Part shown: one piece after another, positions 44,175-52,117 of the stretch
Layout: each line of letters opens with the position of its first letter
Numbering within the stretch: the first letter of the stretch is position 1
NCBI GenBank assembly: GCA_009839485.1
Contig: VXPQ01000032.1
Location: 26,982 to 90,981, forward strand
Reading direction: 5' to 3'
DNA length: 64,000 bases
Source: Bacteroidetes bacterium SB0662_bin_6
Lineage (GTDB): Bacteria > Bacteroidota > Rhodothermia > Rhodothermales > VXPQ01
The notes under the pieces: generated by a model
Database searches by the model: none
Seen by the model: the letters and a program-made list of their open reading frames with translations, nothing else
What the model was told of the DNA's origin: nothing
Position numbers and translations under genes: made by a program

Positions 44175-44337
44175 CAGCGCTTTTCCTGGCTCCTCTGCAC
44201 AACCTTGTTACATTTCGCGTGAAACCAAATTATCCCGGCTCGCGTGAAACGGATCTCAGGGGCATGTATACGCACCCCTGTCTTCCTCCAGGAAGTGCGC
44301 CTGACTCACCAGATTATCCCCCGGATTAAACCCCTTC

Positions 44338-44874
44338 ATTCATCCACAAAAAAGACACAGAACCATCGCTCGTAAAGTACGCATCAACGAAGATATCCAG
44401 GCCAATAGGGTTCGGGTTGTAGATCCCGGCGGAGAACACCATGTAGTCTATATCGACGAGGCCTTAGAGCGGGCCCGCGCACACAGAATGGACCTGGTCG
44501 AGATTGCGCCATCGGCCGATCCTCCGGTTTGCAAGATTGTCGACTACGGAAAATTCCGTTATGAACAACAGAAAAAAGGGAAGGAGCAGCGCAAAAAATC
44601 GCAAACTATCCAGTTGAAAGAGGTCCGTTTCCGCCCCCACACCGACACGCACGACTTTGAATTCAAAACGCGCCATGCCCGCAGCTTTCTGCAAAGCGGG
44701 AACAAGGTCAAGGCATGGGTACAGTTTCGCGGCCGGGATATCATCTACAAGGAGCAGGGCATGGCTCTGTTGCAACGATTTATCGAGGATTTGCAGGATG
44801 TGGCGCGGATCGATCAGCCGCCCCGCATGGAAGGACGCCGTATGACCACGATTCTGACTCCGGACAAAAAGTAG
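44338..44874 (+). CDS. infC: Translation initiation factor IF-3, with a predicted non-AUG (AUU) start
   Basis: The track ORF (from 44488) lacks the IF-3 N-domain. The same frame is open from 44305 and encodes IHPQKRHRTIARKVRINEDIQANRVRVVDPGGEHHVVYIDEALERARAHR, with no ATG. ATT at 44338 is the best start. Confidence 0.8.
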   Translation: MHPQKRHRTIARKVRINEDIQANRVRVVDPGGEHHVVYIDEALERARAHRMDLVEIAPSADPPVCKIVDYGKFRYEQQKKGKEQRKKSQTIQLKEVRFRPHTDTHDFEFKTRHARSFLQSGNKVKAWVQFRGRDIIYKEQGMALLQRFIEDLQDVARIDQPPRMEGRRMTTILTPDKK

Positions 44875-44880
44875 GATATT

Positions 44881-44920
44881 CTGATCAAAACCATTTCGCT
44901 CAGCGCTTCACGTTCGTGCG
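44881..44920 (+). repeat. Copy 1 of a ~40 nt intergenic repeat
   Basis: CTGATCAAAACCATTTCGCTCAGCGCTTCACGTTCGTGCG. It matches 52673-52712 at 32/40 positions without gaps. Confidence 0.6.
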
Positions 44921-45067
44921 TGAAGCGCCCTTCGGGAGGCTGAGAGAAGTGCAGAAGGCGTGCAAGAAAACCGGAACCTGACAGCTATCCGCACTGTATT
45001 TACAGTTTGGGCCTTTTGCACAAAACAAGCGTGCCGTGCTCCGTGCAGCACAGTCATGCGCATTGCT

Positions 45068-45155
45068 AAAAATGGCCAAAAAAGAGCCCAAAACGGTTGA
45101 AAACAAGCCAAAAATGGCTTAAAACGACTAAAAATTGCCCAAAACGGCCCGAAAA
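45068..45155 (+). promoter_or_regulatory. Array of nine helically phased A-tracts (predicted intrinsically curved DNA / A-rich leader) upstream of rpmI
   Basis: A4-A6 tracts start at 45068, 45078, 45090, 45100, 45110, 45121, 45130, 45141 and 45152. Spacings are 10, 12, 10, 10, 11, 9, 11, 11 (mean 10.5 bp). Confidence 0.6.
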
Positions 45156-45201
45156 CGCGTACCCTCGCGATGCCCCAAACGCGCCCGGCGCCAGAATGCT
45201 T

Positions 45202-45396
45202 ATGCCCAAGATGAAATCAAATAGCGGCGCCCGGAAACGTTTCAAGGTGACCGCAAGCGGGAAGCTGGCTCGGAAAAAGGCCTATAAAAGCCACATCCTG
45301 ACCAAGAAATCGGCCAAACGCAAGCGCGGCCTGCGTGAAAGTACGCTCGTCGACAAAACCGACACGCCACGGATGCAACGGCTTATTCAATCCTGA
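45202..45396 (+). CDS. rpmI: 50S ribosomal protein L35
   Basis: [21 protein letters not shown]... The start is moved to 45202. The upstream part of the track ORF runs through the A-tract array. Confidence 0.95.
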   Translation: MPKMKSNSGARKRFKVTASGKLARKKAYKSHILTKKSAKRKRGLRESTLVDKTDTPRMQRLIQS

Positions 45397-45412
45397 TTGT
45401 CCCTTTATTCTT

Positions 45413-45763
45413 ATGCCACGTACCGCTCACAGCGTAGCGTCGAGACGGCGCCGCAAAAAAATACTCCGGATGGCCAAAGGCTATCGCGGCGCGCGTTCGA
45501 AAATTTATACCGTTGCAAAGCATTCCGTCGAGAAAGCTTTGACGTATGCCTATCGGGATCGCCGGCAGCGCAAGCGCGTGTTTCGGCGCCTCTGGATTGC
45601 GCGCATCAATGCCGCGGCGCGCCTGAACGATACCACCTATTCCCGTCTCATGGGAGGACTGCGGAAAGCAGGCATTGATCTGAACAGAAAGGTGCTCGCG
45701 GATATGGCCGTCCACGATCCGGAAACGTTCCAGCGTATTACGCAGCATATCGCCGGCAAATAA
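45413..45763 (+). CDS. rplT: 50S ribosomal protein L20
   Basis: [30 protein letters not shown]...[11 protein letters not shown]. Confidence 0.95.
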   Translation: MPRTAHSVASRRRRKKILRMAKGYRGARSKIYTVAKHSVEKALTYAYRDRRQRKRVFRRLWIARINAAARLNDTTYSRLMGGLRKAGIDLNRKVLADMAVHDPETFQRITQHIAGK

Positions 45764-45777
45764 GCGGGCCTGGCAAG

Positions 45778-46770
45778 ATGCCCGACGACATCCTGAAAGA
45801 TATCGAGTCGGAGATCATTGACTCGAAGGAGGCTGCCGAGGCGTTCCGGGTCAAATACCTGGGAAGGAAAAGCGGAAAAATCACCGGAATGCTCAAGCGG
45901 ATTCCGGAGGCTCCCCCGCAGGAACGCAGAGAACTCGGCCGGCGCATCAACGAAATCAAAAAACGGGCGGAAGAGCGTCTGGCGTCCTTCGAGGCCGATC
46001 TGCATAAGCCAGGGGCCACTGGATCGCAAACAAGCATTGACCTCACGCTTCCAGGGCGATTCCCGGCACCTCCGGGTTCTGTTCATCCGCTGACGCACAC
46101 GCTGAACGAAATCGCGCGCGTCTTTGAAGGATTCGGGTTTTCGATCGCCACCGGACCCGAAATCGAAACGGAATGGCATAACTTCACGGCACTGAATTTC
46201 CCGTCGAACCACCCCGCGCGGGACATGCAGGATACCTTCTACCTGGAGCCGGACCGGGTTCTGCTGCGCACGCACACATCGCCCGTGCAAATACGCACCC
46301 TGCTGACCGGACAACCACCCGTGCGCGTCATCGTGCCTGGACGGGTGTACCGTAACGAGGCCGTTTCCTACAAATCGTACTGCCTGTTCCATCAGGTAGA
46401 AGGGCTGTACGTGGATGAAGGAGTCACCTTTGCCGACCTGAAGCAGGTGCTGCGCCTGTTTGTCCAAGCACTTTTCGGCGCCGATGCCCGGATGCGCTTC
46501 CGCCCCAGTTTCTTCCCGTTCACCGAGCCCAGTGCCGAGGTGGACATCTGGTGGGCCGACGAAGCCTCGCCGGAGAATGGGCGCTGGCTTGAAATCCTCG
46601 GATGCGGCATGGTGGACCCCAATGTATTCGATGCCGTCGATCTGGACCCGGAACGATGGACCGGGTATGCATTCGGGATGGGCATCGAGCGTATTGCCAT
46701 GCTGCGGTATGGAATCCGCGACATCCGCAGGTTCTATGAAAACGACATCCGCTTCCTGGAACAGTTTTAA
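45778..46770 (+). CDS. pheS: Phenylalanine--tRNA ligase alpha subunit
   Basis: HPLT...[10 protein letters not shown]...[16 protein letters not shown]...GRVYRNE...FFPFTEPS...[13 protein letters not shown]. Confidence 0.97.
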   Translation: MPDDILKDIESEIIDSKEAAEAFRVKYLGRKSGKITGMLKRIPEAPPQERRELGRRINEIKKRAEERLASFEADLHKPGATGSQTSIDLTLPGRFPAPPGSVHPLTHTLNEIARVFEGFGFSIATGPEIETEWHNFTALNFPSNHPARDMQDTFYLEPDRVLLRTHTSPVQIRTLLTGQPPVRVIVPGRVYRNEAVSYKSYCLFHQVEGLYVDEGVTFADLKQVLRLFVQALFGADARMRFRPSFFPFTEPSAEVDIWWADEASPENGRWLEILGCGMVDPNVFDAVDLDPERWTGYAFGMGIERIAMLRYGIRDIRRFYENDIRFLEQF

Positions 46771-46776
46771 GACCTG

Positions 46777-46919
46777 TTAAGGAACCTTGGGACACGCCTT
46801 CTCTCAAAACATAAACGTGCGGTTGGCCGCGAGTTTGCAGGATATCCCGGGCCCGATGTTTTGTTCAAATGCGCGCCCCAAGGTCCTCGCCCATGCGGAT
46901 TTAATCAGAGATTCCTTAA
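46777..46919. mobile_element. Possible miniature insertion (135 bp) flanked by a TTAA direct repeat, interrupting a copy of the intergenic motif
   Basis: Left: ...TTAAGACCTGTTAA|GGAACCTTGGG. Right: ...AGAGATTCC|TTAACACTAT. Removing 46781-46919 restores TTAAGACCTGTTAACACTAT, the motif seen intact elsewhere. Short imperfect terminal inverted repeat GGAAC/GATTCC. No other copy in the window. Confidence 0.3.
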
Positions 46920-46965
46920 CACTATTCAGCGGCGCTTCCGGCCCGGAGCGACGACACGGCAAACC

Positions 46966-49470
46966 ATGAACATCTCGTACAATTGGTTACGGGAATACGC
47001 ACCCGTCCAGGAAAGCCCGGAGGAGCTTGCAGATATCCTCACGATGGGCGGTCTGGAAGTAGAAAGCATTGACGAGACCGGCTTGTCGATGGATGGGGTG
47101 ATCATAGGACGCGTGGAGCGCGTACGACCCCATCCGAATGCCAATCGCCTCTCCTGTTGCGAGGTCGATCTGGGCGGCCCGGAGCCCGCCCGCATCGTGT
47201 GCGGCGCATCGAATGTCGCCGAGGGGCAACTTGTACCCGTAGCTACGCCGGGCGCAACGCTCATGCTGCCCGACCGGGAAGACCCCGATAAACACACCCC
47301 TGTCGCCATCCGCAAGACAAAACTTCGGGGGGAGCCTTCGGAAGGCATGATCTGCGCGGAAGACGAACTGGGGCTTTCCAATAACCATGACGAAATCATG
47401 GTGCTGACAGGCGCGGCCGGCGCCGAGCCCCGCATCGGACAACCTTTTTCGGAATACCTCGAGGCCCTTGGCATCGCATACCGGGACGCCGTGCTGGACA
47501 TCAGCGTCACGCCCAACCGCCCGGATGCAACCAGCCATCTGGGCGTAGCCCGCGATGCGGCGGCGCTCACGAATATCCCGCTTCGCCTCCCCGAGGCGCC
47601 CGCACCGGAACCCGGCGGCGAAGCAGCCGACCTCGTTACTGTCGACATACAGGCGCCCGAGGCGTGTCCGCGGTATGTGGCGATGATCGTGCGTGACGTA
47701 ACCGTCCGCGAATCTCCCGCCTGGCTCCAGGCAAAGTTGAAAGCGATCGGATTGCGGCCCCACAACCACATCGTGGACGTCACGAACTACCTTCTCCATG
47801 ATGTGGGGCAACCGCTGCACGCTTTTGATCTCGACGCCATTGCGGGGAAGCACATTCGCGTACACCTCACGCACGAGCCCACACCCTTTACCACCCTCGA
47901 CGATAAGGAGCACACCATCCCTCCCGGCGCCATCATGATTGCAGACGCCGAACGCGACGTAGCCATCGGCGGGGTGATGGGCGGGCAAAATTCGGAGGTC
48001 CGCGAAACCACAAGGAACGTACTCATCGAGTCCGCCTTCTTCGACCCCTCGCATGTCCGCAGGGCCGCGAAGACGCTTGGCATCCAGAGCGATGCCTCCT
48101 GGCGCTTCGAGCGGGGCGTCGATCCCACCGGACAGGTACGCGCTGCTGCCCGGGCCGCCGCTCTGATAGCAGAACTGGGCGGTGGAACCGTCGTCCCCGG
48201 TATGGTGGACGCACATCCGGCGCCTTCTCCGCTCAGGCATATCACCGTGCGCGCAGAGCGGATAGACCGCTTGCTTGGCGTGCATATCCCCCTCGAAACC
48301 ACTGAACGCCTGCTGCAAAGCATCGGATTCGACATAAAGCGGGAAGGAAAGGCAGGGGCATTCCGACTTCGCTGCACCGTTCCTCCTTTCCGGCCCGATA
48401 TCGAGCGCGAAGTAGATGTCATCGAGGAGATTGTACGTCTCTACGGGTATGACAACATACCTGAGGCAGCCCAGACGGCCTCCTTCTCGAGTGGAGCATT
48501 GCACGAAAGCCCCGAAAGACGGCTGCGGCGGACAGTCCGCACCCTGCTTGCCTGTACCGGACACCGGGAAATCTACACGAACAGCATGCTGCGGTCGGAA
48601 ACGGCCGAGCAGTTTGCAAGATCAGGTGGAGGCGCACCCGACAGTGTCGTCAGGACCCTCAACCCGATCTCCAGTGAAATGGCGGCTTTGCGCCCCAGCC
48701 TGTTGCCCGGCGCCCTGCAGGTCGTTGCATTTAACCGCAATCATGGACAGCGCTCGATGCGGTTTTTCGAATTCGGTCATGTGTTCCGGCGTACAGACGG
48801 TCAGGATGAGCACGAAACCGTCGTCGAAAACTATGCGGAGTATGAATCCTTCCTGCTGACGTTGTCGGGCCAGGCCACGGACACCGGTTGGAATACGTCC
48901 GCCCGGGCTTTCGACCTGTTCGATGCGAAGGGAACGATGGAGATGCTGCTCCAGCATGTGCGGCTGCCCGATGTCCGTATGGCGCCCATCCATACCCCCG
49001 CACCGGGCACATCCTGCGGGCTTGACATCTTCTCAGGCGATACCCGCATTGGAAGCATCCTGGAGATGGCTACGGACCTTTCCGGTGGGAACACCCCGGA
49101 AGAAATCGTCTATACGGCGGAATTGAATTGGACCGAAGTGGTGCGGCTGGCAACACCGTTCCTTGCCAGCACGTATCGACCTGTAGCACGCCATCCCGCA
49201 GTGGACCGCGACATTGCTTTGGTCGTGGGCCATGAGGAACCGGCGGGAACTATATTACAAACGATCCGACGCGCCGGCGGGCGCCTGTTGCAACAGGTGC
49301 GTCTCTTTGACCTCTATGAAGGCGAACATGTAGACCCGGGCAAAAAAAGTGTGGCCTTTGCCTTGCGCTTCGGCGCCAATCGCACACTCACAGATCGGGA
49401 AGTGAACAAAAGGATGGCTCGTATCGTCCACGCGCTGGAAAAAGAACACGGCGCTTCTTTGCGAAGTTAA
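46966..49470 (+). CDS. pheT: Phenylalanine--tRNA ligase beta subunit
   Basis: MNISYNWLREYAP start, tRNA-binding domain (VERVRPHPNANRL), B3/4, B5 and FDX-ACB domains. Start moved from 46861 to 46966. Confidence 0.95.
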   Translation: MNISYNWLREYAPVQESPEELADILTMGGLEVESIDETGLSMDGVIIGRVERVRPHPNANRLSCCEVDLGGPEPARIVCGASNVAEGQLVPVATPGATLMLPDREDPDKHTPVAIRKTKLRGEPSEGMICAEDELGLSNNHDEIMVLTGAAGAEPRIGQPFSEYLEALGIAYRDAVLDISVTPNRPDATSHLGVARDAAALTNIPLRLPEAPAPEPGGEAADLVTVDIQAPEACPRYVAMIVRDVTVRESPAWLQAKLKAIGLRPHNHIVDVTNYLLHDVGQPLHAFDLDAIAGKHIRVHLTHEPTPFTTLDDKEHTIPPGAIMIADAERDVAIGGVMGGQNSEVRETTRNVLIESAFFDPSHVRRAAKTLGIQSDASWRFERGVDPTGQVRAAARAAALIAELGGGTVVPGMVDAHPAPSPLRHITVRAERIDRLLGVHIPLETTERLLQSIGFDIKREGKAGAFRLRCTVPPFRPDIEREVDVIEEIVRLYGYDNIPEAAQTASFSSGALHESPERRLRRTVRTLLACTGHREIYTNSMLRSETAEQFARSGGGAPDSVVRTLNPISSEMAALRPSLLPGALQVVAFNRNHGQRSMRFFEFGHVFRRTDGQDEHETVVENYAEYESFLLTLSGQATDTGWNTSARAFDLFDAKGTMEMLLQHVRLPDVRMAPIHTPAPGTSCGLDIFSGDTRIGSILEMATDLSGGNTPEEIVYTAELNWTEVVRLATPFLASTYRPVARHPAVDRDIALVVGHEEPAGTILQTIRRAGGRLLQQVRLFDLYEGEHVDPGKKSVAFALRFGANRTLTDREVNKRMARIVHALEKEHGASLRS

Positions 49471-49483
49471 CAGGCCCTTAGTG
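49466..49483 (-). repeat. Intergenic motif copy e, inverted orientation (reverse complement CACTAAGGGCCTGTTAAC)
   Basis: Overlaps the pheT stop codon (TAA within GTTAAC). Confidence 0.5.
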
Positions 49484-49538
49484 AACCTCTTTGCACGCGT
49501 TGCGCATATATAAATAAGTATCCTCTTGACGCCCTGAC

Positions 49539-49901
49539 ATGTCGATGACCGAGAAAACGAGCGCTTCCATGCCAGAACCCGATACCGATGGGCCGAATGC
49601 GGATCCCGGGGTCGAGCAGGGTATGCAAGAATCTGCCGAAAAAGAGACGCCGGCGCCGGAACCTGTCTCGCTGGATGCCTTACGCCGCCGTGTCGAGGAG
49701 GCCGTCAGGGTCATTGAAGCGTTGCGCGCAACCAACGCCGCGCTCCTGAAAAAAATGAGCGAGCTGGAAAAACGCCCTGCCATCCACCGGGACCATGCAT
49801 TCTTCTCGCTGCCCCGCAACCCGGATGCGCTAAAGGACGACTTGCGTTCCTTCATTGAAACACTCGACGAGTATATGGAACGGGAGCGCGACGACGCATA
49901 A
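49539..49901 (+). CDS. Hypothetical acidic coiled-coil protein upstream of zapA
   Basis: Acidic N-terminus followed by heptad-like LDALRRRVEEAVRVIEALRATNAALLKKMSELEK. Its position next to zapA suggests a role in division, but no family assignment was possible. Confidence 0.5.
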   Translation: MSMTEKTSASMPEPDTDGPNADPGVEQGMQESAEKETPAPEPVSLDALRRRVEEAVRVIEALRATNAALLKKMSELEKRPAIHRDHAFFSLPRNPDALKDDLRSFIETLDEYMERERDDA

Positions 49902-49940
49902 CGTACCCGCTATCCGATCCCGCATAAACCGATACCCATC

Positions 49941-50252
49941 GTGCCCCAGTCCATCCGCGTCCGCATTCTTAACCGCGACTATTCCTTGCAGGTAGAGAGG
50001 CAGGACGAGCAACGCGTACGCAGCATTGCACGATACGTCGATACGAAGATCAGGCAGTTCCAGCGGGATCATCCCGATCAGGCGGACATAACGGGCCCGG
50101 TTATCGTGGCGCTGGGCATTGCCGAGGAACTCTTTGCAGAACGCGAGAAAAAGACCGACGCAGAAACCGACCTGCATGCGGATATCGGACAACTCATTGC
50201 CTCCCTGGACGCCGTGCTGGGGGACGGTGAATCCTCGCCTTCCGGGGAATAA
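49941..50252 (+). CDS. zapA: Cell division protein ZapA
   Basis: GTG start. IRVRILNRDYSLQVERQDEQRVRSIARYVDTKI...ALGIAEEL matches the ZapA pattern. The pheT-zapA linkage is common. Confidence 0.8.
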   Translation: MPQSIRVRILNRDYSLQVERQDEQRVRSIARYVDTKIRQFQRDHPDQADITGPVIVALGIAEELFAEREKKTDAETDLHADIGQLIASLDAVLGDGESSPSGE

Positions 50253-50285
50253 GGGAGTGGGCCGGAAAAACAAATCGTCGCGTTT

Positions 50286-51029
50286 TCAATCGCCCGGGTT
50301 GCGTCCCCTGTACAGCGAAACCACCCCGAACGTCAGCGGCTTGCACAAGAGATCTACATATCCGGCCTGCCGCAACTCGTCCAGAAAGCGCTCTCCCGAC
50401 GGAAACACCTTCACAGAAGCCGGCAGATACTTATAGGCTCCCGAATTGCCCGACAGAAGACGACCGACAAAGGGCAATACGACATCCGAGTAGACCTCGT
50501 ACAACTTCCGGATCAACAATACGCCGGGCCGACTGAACTCAAGGATCACCAGCACCCCTCCTGGACGGAGCACGCGCCGCATCTCCCGGATACCGTCCTG
50601 AAGGTGCTCGAAATTTCGTACGCCAAACCCTACCAGGACCGCATCGAATGAGGCATCCGGGAATGACAAACGAGCCGCATCCCCACGCTCCAGCGTGATG
50701 GTCCCACCAAGACCCAGACGCTGAACCTTTATCCGGCCACGCGCCAGCATCTGCTCGGAAAGATCAACGCCTACGATCCGCTCCGGACCAAGCGCGGCAG
50801 CGGCAATAGCCAGATCGGCGGTGCCGGTCGCTATGTCCAGAATCCGGGCTGGCGCTTCCGCGCGCAGCAGGCGGATCGCCGCACGGCGCCACATGCGGTC
50901 GATCCCGAAACTCAGCAGGCGATTGAGCAGGTCGTACCGGGGCGCCACATCGTCGAACATGGCTTCGACGGCTTCTCTCTTGCCGGGAGCCTGTCCCGGC
51001 GGCGGGATACGGTGTGGAGATGTGGACAA
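50286..51029 (-). CDS. ubiE: Demethylmenaquinone/ubiquinone C-methyltransferase
   Basis: MFDDVAPRYDLLNRLLSFGIDRMWRR and the SAM motif ILDIATGTADLA. Confidence 0.9.
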   Translation of the reverse strand: MSTSPHRIPPPGQAPGKREAVEAMFDDVAPRYDLLNRLLSFGIDRMWRRAAIRLLRAEAPARILDIATGTADLAIAAAALGPERIVGVDLSEQMLARGRIKVQRLGLGGTITLERGDAARLSFPDASFDAVLVGFGVRNFEHLQDGIREMRRVLRPGGVLVILEFSRPGVLLIRKLYEVYSDVVLPFVGRLLSGNSGAYKYLPASVKVFPSGERFLDELRQAGYVDLLCKPLTFGVVSLYRGRNPGD

Positions 51030-51134
51030 AACGCAATGAAATATCCGTCATTCGCCCGCAACATACGCACGACCCGATGTATGGGGTCCACCCTGGTCGG
51101 AAACCCCGCGGATGCCAAAACCCGTCCCCCTGCC

Positions 51135-52112
51135 TCACAGGGCATCGGCGATGCGCCGCACCGTTTCCTCAAAGGGCCGGGGGCGCCACCCCAGTTTTTC
51201 ACAGGCAAACGTGTTGTCGTACCGGTTCACTGCGGACATGAACCGGGCATTGGCGCGGGGAAGAAGGGGTTCCGTACGTGTCAGAAAAGCGACTGCTTCC
51301 GAAGAATATGCGACGAGTATAGCGGCTGCCGGCGCCAGACGGATGGTCGGGGGCGCTGCGCCGCATGCCTGGGCCAGTTGACGGAAAAGTTCTTCCCAGG
51401 ACAGGTTATGCGCCGCCAGCACAAACCGTTCACCGGCTTCACCGTACTGCATGGCCCGCACCATGCCGTCCGCCACATCCAGTACATCGACGACACTCGT
51501 AACCCCTGCCGGAAACATAACTATCCGCTTGCGGCGAATCTGATCCACGATACGTCGGGTGTTCTCCCCTTTACGACCCAGGCCAAAAATAAGGGAGGGA
51601 TTGACCATCACCGCATCCAGACCTTCCGCAATACCTCGTTTCACCTCCAGTTCCGCAAGGTACTTCGAGTAGCCGTAGGTGCTGTTTGATTTTGACCGTT
51701 GCCATTGCGCGTTCTCGTCCAGGACGTCGTCGGGGCGGTTGGAGCGACCGAGAGCCGCCACGGACGAAGCATGAACAAGGCGGCGTACGCCCCCGGCGAG
51801 CGCCGCATTGACGACCGCTGCGGTTCCATCCACATTGACAGACATGAGCCGATTCCGCACACGAGAAGACCCGAAACCGATATTTCCGGCCACATGATAG
51901 ACGTACTCCACACCCTGCATGGCCTTTTGGAGCGCCAGATCGTCTGTGATATCCCCAAGGGCGTGCTCGACCTTCTGCGCCGTCTCGCCGAGCAAATCGA
52001 GTTTTGAGCCGGCGCGTCGGAAAACACGGACGGGAACGCCATCCAGCACAAGGCGCCGGGTCAGCACGGCCCCCACGAATCCCGTGGCCCCCGTGACAAG
52101 GGTCATCGACAT
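51135..52112 (-). CDS. NAD-dependent epimerase/dehydratase-family (extended SDR) oxidoreductase
   Basis: TGATGFVG Rossmann motif and the YxxxK context YGYSKYLAE. Confidence 0.85.
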   Translation of the reverse strand: MSMTLVTGATGFVGAVLTRRLVLDGVPVRVFRRAGSKLDLLGETAQKVEHALGDITDDLALQKAMQGVEYVYHVAGNIGFGSSRVRNRLMSVNVDGTAAVVNAALAGGVRRLVHASSVAALGRSNRPDDVLDENAQWQRSKSNSTYGYSKYLAELEVKRGIAEGLDAVMVNPSLIFGLGRKGENTRRIVDQIRRKRIVMFPAGVTSVVDVLDVADGMVRAMQYGEAGERFVLAAHNLSWEELFRQLAQACGAAPPTIRLAPAAAILVAYSSEAVAFLTRTEPLLPRANARFMSAVNRYDNTFACEKLGWRPRPFEETVRRIADAL

Positions 52113-52117
52113 GGCAA

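Noticed and set aside
44984-44997. ACTGTA-TT-TACAGT palindrome in the infC-rpmI spacer, resembling a CTGT...ACAG SOS box.
   Set aside because: The spacing (CTGT-N4-ACAG) does not match the gammaproteobacterial LexA box (N8). It is unclear which LexA motif applies to this lineage, and no SOS gene is adjacent.
45097-45201. N-terminal 35 aa extension of L35 in the ORF track ([35 protein letters not shown]).
   Set aside because: It is a translation of the phased A-tract array. Canonical L35 starts with [14 protein letters not shown] at 45202.
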